Shown: positions 1 to 8,470 of the stretch, piece by piece
Numbering within the stretch: position 1 is the first letter of the stretch
Layout of the letters: every line of letters begins with the position of its first letter
Assembly (NCBI GenBank): GCA_964342765.1
Contig: CAYFFS010000002.1
Location: 39,125-63,124, forward strand
Origin: an uncultured Nitrososphaerales archaeon
Lineage (GTDB): Archaea > Thermoproteota > Nitrososphaeria > Conexivisphaerales > Conexivisphaeraceae
Reading direction: 5' to 3'
DNA length: 24,000 nt
Notes under the pieces: generated by a model
What the model was told of the DNA's origin: nothing
The model's input: only the letters and a program-made list of their open reading frames with translations
Databases searched by the model: none
Program-made: the position numbers and the translations under genes

Positions 1-1141
1 ACATTGCCCCTCTAAGGGCTGCATAGGGTATCAGCGAGGCGAAGACGATCGCAGACATCAGGTACCAGAGGCTGTCGTAGCCGAGGCGCGTGAATATCAG
101 GGGTGAGGCGGCGCCCGCCACGACGCCGCTGAGCTGCCAGAAGAAGTTGGCCGCGCCGGTGACGCTGCCCGACCTCCCCGGGCCTCCTATTACGCCTGCG
201 AGCGTGGAGTTGGCCGGCGTTACCATGAACCTGAAGAATCCCATGGCCAGCGCTATGGCAGCGAGCCATATAGGCGCCTTGACGACCGCGAATCCAAGAA
301 TCGTCATGCCATAGGCTGGTATGGATATCAGGAAAGCCCTCCAGAGGCCGAACCTGCCTATCAGGTAGCCCGTGAGGATCGTGGACGCTATTCCGGCCGC
401 GGCCGTCATGGAATATATTTCGCCGGCAAGGACGCCGGACATCCCTATGGACCTGAGGTAATCATAGGCGTAGAACGCGAACGCCCAGTACGCATAGTAG
501 AACAGGAAACCCCCGATGGATAAAAGCGCCACGTCCCTGTTCGCCAGCGCCCTCAGGTCCAGGTTCTCCCCTCTTATCCTCACGTCCTCCATCAGGATAA
601 ACACGGCCGCCGCCGTGGCGGCGGCCGCCAACCCTATGATGTAGTACCCCCACCTCCACCCCAGGTCCTCCGCGGCCAGGGGAAGCCCTATTCCTAGAAG
701 GATTATTGAGAAGGGCCAGGCCAAGCTGTAGTAGCCCATGGCCCTGGCCAGCTCCTTGCCGCTGAACTCGCTCGAGAGGAGCTTCACAGTCGTCGGATAG
801 ATCCAGCCGGCGCTAAGCCCCATGAGGACGCTTCCAACGTACTCGACCAACATGCTTCCGGCGGCTCCGGCGATAAAGGAGGACGCGGCCAGGCCCCCGA
901 GCGCCACGACCATGACGCGCCTTGGGCCCAGGGCATCGGAGGCGAGCCCTGCGGGCACCTGCACGGCTATGTACGCCGCGAAGAACAGGGAGAAGACCAG
1001 CCCGCTCTCGTAGGGCGTGGGCCTGAGGGATGAGTAAGCGGATAGGACGCTCCAGGCGAGCCTTGAGTAATAGCTCAGGAAGAAGGCCGCGAACGACAGG
1101 GCGACATACGCGTAGCCGCGCGCCACGGGCTCTCCAACCAT
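1..1141 (-). CDS. MFS family transporter, partial (C-terminus runs off the window)
   Basis: Minus-strand translation from the ATG at 1141 is open to position 1: MVGEPVARGYAYVALSFAAFFLSYYSRLAWSVLSAYSSLRPTPYESGLVFSLFFAAYIAVQVPAGLASDALGPRRVMVVALGG. Many hydrophobic helices and an MFS A-motif-like GxxxDxxGxRR (GLASDALGPRR). It is missing from the supplied ORF track, probably because it has no stop inside the window. Confidence 0.85.
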   Translation of the reverse strand, partial: MVGEPVARGYAYVALSFAAFFLSYYSRLAWSVLSAYSSLRPTPYESGLVFSLFFAAYIAVQVPAGLASDALGPRRVMVVALGGLAASSFIAGAAGSMLVEYVGSVLMGLSAGWIYPTTVKLLSSEFSGKELARAMGYYSLAWPFSIILLGIGLPLAAEDLGWRWGYYIIGLAAAATAAAVFILMEDVRIRGENLDLRALANRDVALLSIGGFLFYYAYWAFAFYAYDYLRSIGMSGVLAGEIYSMTAAAGIASTILTGYLIGRFGLWRAFLISIPAYGMTILGFAVVKAPIWLAAIALAMGFFRFMVTPANSTLAGVIGGPGRSGSVTGAANFFWQLSGVVAGAASPLIFTRLGYDSLWYLMSAIVFASLIPYAALRGAM

Positions 1142-1173
1142 ACCTCAGTATTTGGCGTTGCCACGCTAGCACT

Positions 1174-1184
1174 AAGTATATAAT
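1174..1184 (-). promoter_or_regulatory. TATA box upstream of the MFS gene
   Basis: Plus-strand aagtatataat in an AT-rich stretch, about 38 bp upstream of the ATG. Confidence 0.45.
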
Positions 1185-1198
1185 TTATCCTAATTACA

Positions 1199-1951
1199 TT
1201 ATATTATTAGTTCTGAGAGCAACATGGATAGGATGCCGCTAACGAATATGCCGTCGAACGTGCCGGCCCCACCTATGCTTATCAGCCAGGCCGAGAGCGC
1301 GTCCCCCCTCCTCCATATGTTTAGGACGTCGGCCCCTAATATCGTTCCGTAGACCGCCCCTGCGTAGGATATGGCCGGCACGTACGCCTGCAGTCCAAGC
1401 GGAATGGCCATCGCCATCGATGAGATGAGCGCCGCCAGCGGCGGCATGAACGCGGGCACCACGACGCCAACGCCCCCTATCACCCTCGAGGTTCTGTAGG
1501 TCAGCGCCATGACAATCGCCGTGGTCGCGGCGATCGCCGCGATCAGGTCCCATGACCTAGGGAGCGACGCCGCCGCCCACGTCATGGTCGACGCTAGGAA
1601 GAGCGGCACCAACGCTCCGCCCACGTTCAGGGCTATGAGCGACTCGGCGGCGGCGAGGCGGGGCCTCGCCACGGGCACCGGAAGGCCGAATATCACCACG
1701 TATTCGACCTCTAGCACCTCGACTATGGACCTGCGGCGCGCGACCACTAAGTTCAGGTAGCCGAGGATCGGGGAGAGCGCCAGCAACAGAAGCATGGCGG
1801 GCGCGAGCCACGTGATGCCGAGCGGGCTAAGGGCCTCCGTTAGGGCCCCGGGCAACACGAACGCGACGAGAAGCGGCGCCAGGAATATCAGGAACAGCGC
1901 GCCCAGGATCCCGGGATGCGCCGGGGGCGCAATTATTATACGTCCTCTCAC
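1199..1951 (-). CDS. DUF1614 family integral membrane protein
   Basis: 250 aa ORF with multiple TM segments. The EYVVIFGLPVPVARPRLAAAESLIALNVGGALVPLF region resembles the DUF1614 family. Confidence 0.75.
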   Translation of the reverse strand: MRGRIIIAPPAHPGILGALFLIFLAPLLVAFVLPGALTEALSPLGITWLAPAMLLLLALSPILGYLNLVVARRRSIVEVLEVEYVVIFGLPVPVARPRLAAAESLIALNVGGALVPLFLASTMTWAAASLPRSWDLIAAIAATTAIVMALTYRTSRVIGGVGVVVPAFMPPLAALISSMAMAIPLGLQAYVPAISYAGAVYGTILGADVLNIWRRGDALSAWLISIGGAGTFDGIFVSGILSMLLSELII

Positions 1952-1971
1952 GTGCCGCCTCCTCGGGCATC

Positions 1972-1980
1972 CAATTTAAG
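1972..1980 (+). promoter_or_regulatory. TATA-like element for the HTH/ThiN gene
   Basis: caatttaag about 28 bp upstream of the ATG at 2005. Confidence 0.4.
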
Positions 1981-2004
1981 GTTGAAAGCCCTTGGGGACG
2001 TAGG

Positions 2005-2889
2005 ATGACGCCCTTCGAGCTGGTGTCTAAGCACGTGATACCCCACCTCAGGGCGCTTGCTGCGGCGAGGCTGATCGATGGCGGGATGAGCCAAAGTGAG
2101 GTGGCTAGGAGGATAGGCGTCACCCAGCCCATGGTCAGGAGGTACTACGCTGAGAGGACATCAGCGCTTGAGTCCCTAATCGCCGCGGGGATGCCGAGGG
2201 AGGCCGTGGAGCCCATCGCGGAGGTCCTAGCGGAGGCGGCGTCGCGTGGCCACAGCGAATTCCTTTCCGCCCTCAGCTCGATCAGCGCCTCCCTCTTGGG
2301 GGGCGGAAGCCTCTGCTCGCTCCACAGGCGCGTGGACAGGGAGGTCCCGGCCAGCTGCACGCTGTGCTTCGATCTGTTCAGGGGTGCCTCCGATCAATAC
2401 CTGAAGGACGTGGAGAACGCGCTGGCGGAGATCCTGGAAAGCCCTGGATCCCACGAGCTGATACCTGAGGTGGGCATGAACATAGCGCTCGCGCCTCCCG
2501 GGGCCCTAAGCGTGGAGCAGGTTGTGGGAATACCCGGCAGGATAGTCAGGGTGGGAACGCGCGCAGTCGCGGTGGGGAGGCCCGCCTATGGAGGAAGCAG
2601 GCATACGGCCAGCGTGGCCCTCTGGGCGGGGAGGCTCTGGGGGTTCCCCAGGGCAGCAGTGGCCGCGCGGTACGACGAGTCGATAATCAGGGCCGCTGAG
2701 GCCCTGGGCATGCGCGTCCGCAGGCTTGGGGAGCAGGACGGGGAGCCCGACGTGGTCGTGGATCTGGGGGGCCAGGGGGTGGAACCCATAGCCTACTTCC
2801 TCGGGAGGAGCGCCACCGAGGCCGTGAGGAAGGCGATGGCGGCGTTGCGCGCATCGGGCGGCGGGCGACGCGGATTTATCCCGCCTTGA
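2005..2889 (+). CDS. Transcriptional regulator, N-terminal HTH + C-terminal ThiN-like (thiamine-phosphate synthase-like) domain; ThiR-like
   Basis: HTH GGMSQSEVARRIGVTQPMVRRYY. C-terminal ELIPEVGMNIALAPPGALSVEQVVGIPGRIVRVG...PRAAVAARYDESIIRAAEALG...DVVVDLGGQGVEPIAYFLG resembles ThiN domains, as in the archaeal HTH-ThiN regulators. Confidence 0.7.
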   Translation: MTPFELVSKHVIPHLRALAAARLIDGGMSQSEVARRIGVTQPMVRRYYAERTSALESLIAAGMPREAVEPIAEVLAEAASRGHSEFLSALSSISASLLGGGSLCSLHRRVDREVPASCTLCFDLFRGASDQYLKDVENALAEILESPGSHELIPEVGMNIALAPPGALSVEQVVGIPGRIVRVGTRAVAVGRPAYGGSRHTASVALWAGRLWGFPRAAVAARYDESIIRAAEALGMRVRRLGEQDGEPDVVVDLGGQGVEPIAYFLGRSATEAVRKAMAALRASGGGRRGFIPP

Positions 2890-2890
2890 C

Positions 2891-3565
2891 GTGCTAGTTT
2901 GCGTGCGGTCGGGCAACGCCAGGTGGAGGTCAAGCGAGGGCATAGCGGCCCGCGTGCTGGAGGACCTTGGCTTCAAGATACTGGAGGAGCACCACGCGGT
3001 GACCGTGGACGGCGTTGAGGTGGGGGAGGTGGACATACTCGCCGAGAGGGACGGCGAGCTGTACGCCGTCGAGGTGAAGGCGGGCAGGCTCGACGTCGGA
3101 GGCGTGAGGCAGGCCCACGTCAACGCGGAGATACTGGGCGCCAAGCCCCTGGTGATCTGTCGCGGCTTTTCGGACAGCTCGGCGGAGGCTTTGGCGCGGA
3201 GGCTTGGCGTAGAGGTGATCCTGGAGTCCGATCTATTCCTCGTCGACCCGGATGAGCTCTTCGCCGTAGTCAGGGAGGCGGTCGAGGAGGCGCTGCAGGA
3301 CGTCCTCTCATATCTCGCGCAGGACGTGGAGCTCTCCGAGGACGAACTGAAGTTGCTTGGCGCGATCTCGGAGGCGGACGACGTCCAGGATGCCGCCGAG
3401 AGGTTGGGGGTTGAGCTGAGGGAGCTGGCCTCGCGCTTGGAAACGCTCAGGGCAAAGGGCATCCTGCCCAGGCGGGCCAGCAGCTTCGCTTCGCTCAGGC
3501 GGGCCGCCAAGCTGTTCCTCGCGGCCAAGTCGCTGGGGCGTGAACGGCCCAGCGCGCCGCCCTAG
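2891..3565 (+). CDS. PD-(D/E)xK (RecB-like) nuclease-fold protein with C-terminal helical/wHTH-like region
   Basis: GEVDILAERDGELYAVEVKAGRLDVGGVRQAHVNAEILGAKPLVICRG has an ExD...ExK core. GTG start is 1 nt after the stop of the preceding gene. Confidence 0.65.
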   Translation: MLVCVRSGNARWRSSEGIAARVLEDLGFKILEEHHAVTVDGVEVGEVDILAERDGELYAVEVKAGRLDVGGVRQAHVNAEILGAKPLVICRGFSDSSAEALARRLGVEVILESDLFLVDPDELFAVVREAVEEALQDVLSYLAQDVELSEDELKLLGAISEADDVQDAAERLGVELRELASRLETLRAKGILPRRASSFASLRRAAKLFLAAKSLGRERPSAPP

Positions 3566-4932
3566 AGGCCCAGAATTCCCGGCGACATGATGCCGTTCGG
3601 GTCGAAGGTCGACTTGATGGCCCTGATCACATCATAATATTTGCCGAACCGTGGCATCTGATCTGCCCAGAGTGCGCCCATGCGGTAGGGGACCGCCCCC
3701 GACTCCAGGGCGCGCCCCTTCACGTAGTTCCAGGCCTTCAGCGCCCTCTCGCGGGACTCCGGGTCCTTCGGGTCGAAGTAGATCGCGAGCACGGTCACGA
3801 AGCTCCTGTCGGTCATGAAGCCGCCGGCGCCCATCCTCAGGCCATATGATTCGCGCACCTCCGCGGCCAATCCCTCGAAGATCCTTAGATATCTGCCGAG
3901 CGAGCCGAGCGGAACGTGCACCATCAGCGCGGCGCGCCTGCCGGCCCTGTACGCGAAGTCCCTGACCCAAGCGTCCTTCTCCTTTATCAGCCTCTCAGTC
4001 TCAGCTGCCCCTTGGTATCTGCCCTTAACGCCCGCTATCGCGTCGAGCCTTTTCATCTCCATCCTTCCAAGCTCCTCGGTCGCGGCGGCCACCACTATCC
4101 TGAGCCTGTGCCTCCAGGGCGATCCCTCGGGATACAACACGTCGAGCGTCCAGCCGGTCGCCAGGTACGCGTAGATGGTCGGTATCCTGGATCTCCTTAT
4201 CCGATAGAGAGCCGACGCCGCCTCCTCAAGGTCCTCGAACTCGTATACCGCGCCGCCTACCCAACCAGGCGCCTCCTCAACGCGCAGCGCCAGCTCGACT
4301 ATTATGCCGAGCGTGCCCTCGGAGCCCGCGAAAAGGCCTGTCAGGTCGTTCGCCAGGGAGTACCTGTAGAACTGGTGCCCCGACCAGGGGCTCGCCATGG
4401 AGCCCGTCGTGAGGACGCTTCCATCCGGGAGGACGACCTTGAGCCCCAGCACCGCCTCGGCCTGGTTCGCGATGTTAGGCCCGGTGCCCCAGCCGCTTCC
4501 ATGGCTGGAGAAGTTCCCCCCAACGCACCCATGCCAGTTCTCGGGCTCCACCATGACCGACAGGCCGCGCTTTCCCAGCTCCCTCTCGAGCTCGAAGAAC
4601 GTGATCCCCGGCTCGACCCTCACGCTCAGCGATTCCTCGTCCACCTCTATCACGCGGTTCATCCTCCTCATGTCGACCACCACGCTGTTGGGCCTGAGCG
4701 GCACCGCACCCCACAGGCTCGTGCCGCAGCTCCTCACGTAGAGGGGCGTCCTCGTCCTGTTCGCCCACCTGACTATCTCCTGCACCTCCTCGACTCTCGC
4801 GGGCCTCACCGCCGCCACGGGGGGTACGCCCTCGTACGGGCTTGCGTCCCTGGCGTAGCCCTTGAGCCTCTCCGGGTCGGATATCACGTTCTCTGGGCCA
4901 ACTATCGACTCGAGCTCCCTCAGGGCGCTCAT
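3562..4932 (-). CDS. FAD-linked oxidase / dehydrogenase (GlcD / D-lactate dehydrogenase-like)
   Basis: MSALRELESIVGPENVISDPERLKGYARDASPYEG...PLYVRSCGTSLWGAVPL...ENWHGCVGGNFSSHGSGWGTG...LTGLFAGSEGTLGIIVELALRV...STFDPNGIMSPGILGL. PCMH-type FAD-binding fold. Start overlaps the upstream stop (ATGA). Confidence 0.85.
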   Translation of the reverse strand: MSALRELESIVGPENVISDPERLKGYARDASPYEGVPPVAAVRPARVEEVQEIVRWANRTRTPLYVRSCGTSLWGAVPLRPNSVVVDMRRMNRVIEVDEESLSVRVEPGITFFELERELGKRGLSVMVEPENWHGCVGGNFSSHGSGWGTGPNIANQAEAVLGLKVVLPDGSVLTTGSMASPWSGHQFYRYSLANDLTGLFAGSEGTLGIIVELALRVEEAPGWVGGAVYEFEDLEEAASALYRIRRSRIPTIYAYLATGWTLDVLYPEGSPWRHRLRIVVAAATEELGRMEMKRLDAIAGVKGRYQGAAETERLIKEKDAWVRDFAYRAGRRAALMVHVPLGSLGRYLRIFEGLAAEVRESYGLRMGAGGFMTDRSFVTVLAIYFDPKDPESRERALKAWNYVKGRALESGAVPYRMGALWADQMPRFGKYYDVIRAIKSTFDPNGIMSPGILGL

Positions 4933-5849
4933 ACCTTGGCTCCCAGCTCCCTCAGGTAGTCCAGGACGCCGTCCCTGACTGTGTACTTGGGCCTGTACCC
5001 CAGCTCCTCCCTTATGCGGGAGGCGTCCACGGGGACCCTGACTGTCCTGCCGCCCGGCTCGACCTCGATCTCGGCGGACGGCACGAGCTCCTTCACCATC
5101 ATGGCGAGCTGGCGAAGGCTGATCGCCTCGTCGCACGTGTTGTAGACGCGCCTCCCGTGGCGCTCGACCTCCAGGCCGAACTTCATGACGTTCGCGGACT
5201 CCTTCACGTACTGGAGGACCCAGACGCTGTCGCCCTCCGGGACCCTCACGGGCCTCCCCGAGGCCGCGCCCTCGAAGAGGTCCACCAGGACGTCCATGAA
5301 GCCGGAGCGCTCCCTGCGGGGGCCGAACACGAGCCCCAGCCTCATCCCCAGGACGTCGATGCCGTAGTTCTCGGCGTAGAAGTTCGCGGCGAACTCGTTG
5401 GCCGCGTAGCTCACGCCGTGAGGGCTGACGGGCTTCACAGGCGCGTCCTCGTCCACCCTCTCGCGGCAGTAGAGCTCCGGGGGGCCTAGCTGGGAGTACG
5501 AGCTGGCCCACACGAGCCTGTCCACGTCCATTATCCTCACCGCCTCCAGGACGTTCAGGAACCCGATTACCATCGTCTTGGTCACGTTCATCGGGGTCCA
5601 GGGCGGGGACTCCGCCGCCAGGTAGGCGATCCTGCGGGCCGAGCTGCGCTTCAGCGCGTGGAGTATGTCCGATAGCTCCGTGATGGATCCCCTCTCCACC
5701 TTGACCTTTCCGGCGGCGTCCCCCAGCCTCGAAGTGTTCCCCGAGGGACTGAACACCGTCACCTCCTCGCCCGCCTCGACGAGCATCCTGGTCAGGTGCG
5801 ACCCTATGAAGCCGGTGCCCCCTATGATGAGGTAAGGCCCCAACTCCAT
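4929..5849 (-). CDS. Extended SDR / NAD-dependent epimerase-dehydratase-like protein with atypical active site
   Basis: MELGPYLIIGGTGFIGSHLTRMLVEAGEEVTVF (GxxGxxG). WASSYSQLG, NYGIDVLGMRLGLVFGPRRERSG, PKYTVRDGVLDYL. The YxxxK position reads SPHGVSYAANE. Start overlaps the MBL gene stop (TGATG). Confidence 0.85.
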   Translation of the reverse strand: MELGPYLIIGGTGFIGSHLTRMLVEAGEEVTVFSPSGNTSRLGDAAGKVKVERGSITELSDILHALKRSSARRIAYLAAESPPWTPMNVTKTMVIGFLNVLEAVRIMDVDRLVWASSYSQLGPPELYCRERVDEDAPVKPVSPHGVSYAANEFAANFYAENYGIDVLGMRLGLVFGPRRERSGFMDVLVDLFEGAASGRPVRVPEGDSVWVLQYVKESANVMKFGLEVERHGRRVYNTCDEAISLRQLAMMVKELVPSAEIEVEPGGRTVRVPVDASRIREELGYRPKYTVRDGVLDYLRELGAKV

Positions 5850-6508
5850 CACCTGCTCAGGAGCGCCCTCCTCGCGGCCTCCGCCGCCTCGCCGACTATT
5901 GGTTGGCCGTGGCCAGGGAGCAGGACGTCGAAATCCAGGCTCAGGAGCTTCCTGAGGCTCTCCTTCGCCATCTCGTTGTTCCAATCGTATGGGGCGGGGG
6001 ATCCCTGTATGGATCCCTCCCTGACGTTCATGTTGTCCCCGGCGAAAAGCGACCTGCCATCGTAGAGCGCGATGGATCCCGGCGTATGCCCGGGGACGTG
6101 CACGACGCGGAAGCCGAACACGACGTCCCCGTCCTTCAGCAGGGCGTCGGGCTCCACGTGCCTCATGCGGGAGTAGCGCTCGACGACGTCCCTCGGCACG
6201 GTTGAGGGGAAGGGCGGCCTCTCCCTGCCGCTCACGAAGGGGGCGTCCGCCTCATGTACGTACACCTTGGCCCCGGTCGCCTCCTTTAGCTCGGCGGCGG
6301 ATCCCGTGTGATCCATGTGGTAGTGGGTCAGTATTATCGCGGAGACCCTGGGACTTCCAACGTTCCTTATGGCTTCCAGTATCTGGCCGGCGCTTCCCGG
6401 CACGCCCGTGTCGACGATCGCGGCCTCCTTCCCCCTGAGCACCAGGTAGGAGTTCCCGTCCACGCTCTCTATCGGCACGCGAAATATGGAGTAGACGGCC
6501 TCGTGCAT
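5849..6508 (-). CDS. MBL-fold metallo-hydrolase (glyoxalase II / lactonase-like)
   Basis: MHEAVYSIFRVPIESVDGNSYLVLRGKEAAIVDTG...LTHYHMDHTGSA...HVPGHTPGSIALYDGRSLFAGD...LLPGHGQP: canonical THxHxDH and downstream metal ligands. The ORF track starts at 6634; the TATA box at 6531-6540 and the conserved start of homology favour ATG 6508, with ATG 6523 as an alternative. Confidence 0.85.
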   Translation of the reverse strand: MHEAVYSIFRVPIESVDGNSYLVLRGKEAAIVDTGVPGSAGQILEAIRNVGSPRVSAIILTHYHMDHTGSAAELKEATGAKVYVHEADAPFVSGRERPPFPSTVPRDVVERYSRMRHVEPDALLKDGDVVFGFRVVHVPGHTPGSIALYDGRSLFAGDNMNVREGSIQGSPAPYDWNNEMAKESLRKLLSLDFDVLLPGHGQPIVGEAAEAARRALLSR

Positions 6509-6530
6509 CCTCAGGATCGGCATCGCGCGA

Positions 6531-6540
6531 GCGATATAAG
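6531..6540 (-). promoter_or_regulatory. TATA box of the MBL/SDR/FAD operon
   Basis: Minus-strand cttatatcgc centred about 27 bp upstream of ATG 6508. Confidence 0.5.
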
Positions 6541-6701
6541 CGTGATGCGCCGTCCACGCCTCGATGCCTCGGATGCCGAGTAGCTGAAAGCAACTTTGCG
6601 CCTCGAGGTCGACTGCGGCGCATGGCGCGTCCATTCGAAATCCGACGTTTACCAGTCTCCTTGCCCGCTATCTCAACGCTTAAACGCCCAGGGCCTCGCG
6701 G

Positions 6702-7331
6702 ATGGACGTGGGCCTGAGGGTCGCGCTTTTCTCGGGGGGCAAGGACTCGGTTTACGCCGCGCTGCTCGAGTGGCCCGTCGACGTGTTTGTGACCTTCGTC
6801 TACGAGTTCCCCCGGCCATCCCCTCACCTGGTGAACCTTCACAAGGTGGTGGAGCTGGCCAACTCAATGTTCGTGCCGATGGTGGTTTTGAGGGTGCATA
6901 GGGGAAGGGAGAAGGAGGAGGAAGCTAAGTTCCTGAGCTCCATAGGCGCATCGCGCATAATAGCTGGCGATCAGAACGTCGAGGATCACCTGAGGTACAT
7001 GGAGGAGCTGGCCGGCATGGTGGGGGCAGAGCTCAGGGAGCCCATATGGGGAATGGATCCGTGGAAGGTCCTGGAGGCCGAGCTCAGGGAGCTTTCGTTC
7101 GTCGTCATAGGGGCCGAGGAAAGGGCGCGCGAGCTGATGTGCTCGCGCGTCGACGGGGCGACCTACAAGGAGTTCCTCGCCTCGATAGAGCGCCTTGGCA
7201 TAGATCCCATAGGGGAGGCTGGCGAATACCATTCGCTCGTGACTAAGGTCGGGAAATTGGGGGTCAGCCTGGAGGTCAAGTGCGAGGGAGTTGAGGACTA
7301 CGGCGGATATCGCGTGGCGCGCCTGCGCTGA
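6702..7331 (+). CDS. Dph6-like diphthine--ammonia ligase / ATP pyrophosphatase (MJ0570-type)
   Basis: N-terminal RVALFSGGKDSVYAAL PP-loop, AGDQNVEDHLRYMEEL, EPIWGMDPWKVLEAEL, GIDPIGEAGEYHSLV. Confidence 0.85.
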   Translation: MDVGLRVALFSGGKDSVYAALLEWPVDVFVTFVYEFPRPSPHLVNLHKVVELANSMFVPMVVLRVHRGREKEEEAKFLSSIGASRIIAGDQNVEDHLRYMEELAGMVGAELREPIWGMDPWKVLEAELRELSFVVIGAEERARELMCSRVDGATYKEFLASIERLGIDPIGEAGEYHSLVTKVGKLGVSLEVKCEGVEDYGGYRVARLR

Positions 7332-7339
7332 TTCGGCTT

Positions 7340-7349
7340 CATTTATATG
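7340..7349 (+). promoter_or_regulatory. TATA box for the MDR oxidoreductase gene
   Basis: catttatatg about 27 bp upstream of GTG 7372. Confidence 0.55.
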
Positions 7350-7371
7350 ATGGCTCCGCCGCCGGATCCTC

Positions 7372-8388
7372 GTGAAGGCTGCGGTCTTCGACAGCCCCGG
7401 CCTGGAGAGGCTCGGCGTGAGGGAGCTGGAGGATCCAAGCCCCGGCCCTCACGAGGTACTCGTGAGGGTCGTCCGTGCCGGCGTGAACCCAATAGATTAC
7501 CTGACGGTGACCGGGGCGAGGAACGCCAGCCCCATGCCGCACGTGCCAGGCGCCGAGTTCGCAGGGATCGTGGAGGAGGTGGGCGAGGGCGTCACGAGGT
7601 TTTCGAGGGGGGACGTCGTGATCGACTACCCCAGGGTGTTCTGCGGCCACTGCGACATGTGCGCTTCCGGCAGGGAGATGCTGTGCCGCGTGGGGGGCGT
7701 CCTGGGGGTCGCGTCCCAGGGCGGATTCTCCGAGCTGGCCGTCGTGCCCGAGGGCTCCTTGGTGAAGGTGGACGGATCCCTGGGCTGGGACCTGCTGGCC
7801 AGCCTGCCGGTCGCCGCGCTCACGGCCTATCACGCGCTGCGCGCCTCGGGGCTCAAGGAGGGCGAAACTGTCGTGGTTGTGGGCGCCTCCGGCAACACCG
7901 GAATGTTCGCTGTCCAGCTAGCGCGCCTGATGGGGGCCCGCGTGGTGGCGATCTCCAGAAGGTCCAGGGACTGGCTGCTCGAAATGGGCGCTGACTACGT
8001 CGTGGACGCCGCATCGGCGAGGGATTTCGTGTCAAGGCTGACCGACGGCAGGATGGCGGACGTCGTAGTGGATCCCTTGGGCTCGGGCACCATTACCTGG
8101 AGCATAGGGCTGCTCGGCCCCGGCGGCAGGCTTGTCAGCTACGGCACCCTCACGGGCCAGTCGGTCGCGGTGGACATGAGGTTCGTCTACTCCAGGGAGA
8201 TATCGATAGTGGGGACCACGGGCGGCAGCAGGTCGGAGCTCATGAGGCTCGTAGGCATATCCTCCCAGCGCGGGCTGAGGGTCCGCGTCTGGAGGAGGTA
8301 CCCCTTGGAGGACGTCAGGGCCGCGCTCGAGGCCCTTTCCTCCCCGGAGAGGGACGGCAGGGTGATGTTGGAGATAGCGCGCGGCTGA
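7372..8388 (+). CDS. Zinc-type alcohol dehydrogenase / medium-chain (MDR) oxidoreductase
   Basis: MKAAVFDSPGLERLGVRELEDPSPGPHEVLVRVVRAGVNPIDYLTVTG...HVPGAEFAGIVEEVGEGVTRFSRGDVV...FCGHCDMCASGREMLC...VVVGASGNTGMFAVQLARLMGARV. Confidence 0.9.
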   Translation: MKAAVFDSPGLERLGVRELEDPSPGPHEVLVRVVRAGVNPIDYLTVTGARNASPMPHVPGAEFAGIVEEVGEGVTRFSRGDVVIDYPRVFCGHCDMCASGREMLCRVGGVLGVASQGGFSELAVVPEGSLVKVDGSLGWDLLASLPVAALTAYHALRASGLKEGETVVVVGASGNTGMFAVQLARLMGARVVAISRRSRDWLLEMGADYVVDAASARDFVSRLTDGRMADVVVDPLGSGTITWSIGLLGPGGRLVSYGTLTGQSVAVDMRFVYSREISIVGTTGGSRSELMRLVGISSQRGLRVRVWRRYPLEDVRAALEALSSPERDGRVMLEIARG

Positions 8389-8441
8389 GAGGGCGCGTCA
8401 TATGGAAGCTCTTTAGAAAACCCTCCGACGAGGCCCAAACA

Positions 8442-8450
8442 CGTTTAAGC
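8442..8450 (+). promoter_or_regulatory. TATA-like element for hemA
   Basis: cgtttaagc about 26 bp upstream of GTG 8471. Confidence 0.45.
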
Positions 8451-8470
8451 TCCCCCAGCTGAGCCCCGAC

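Noticed and set aside
813-1172. 119-aa minus ORF (MLAWQRQILRYGWRARG...)
   Set aside because: Arg-rich shadow frame of the MFS transporter, whose true frame is open from 1141 to the window edge but absent from the track.
3916-4959. 347-aa plus ORF opposite the FAD oxidase
   Set aside because: Low-complexity R/P/H-rich antisense ORF typical of GC-rich DNA, with no recognisable motifs. The opposite strand has a clear family match.
3562-5511. 649-aa minus-strand ORF as one protein
   Set aside because: Only the part from MSALRELESIVG (4932) onward matches a family. The upstream part is the antisense/shifted reading of the SDR gene, rich in Arg/Gly/Pro. The real FAD oxidase starts at 4932.
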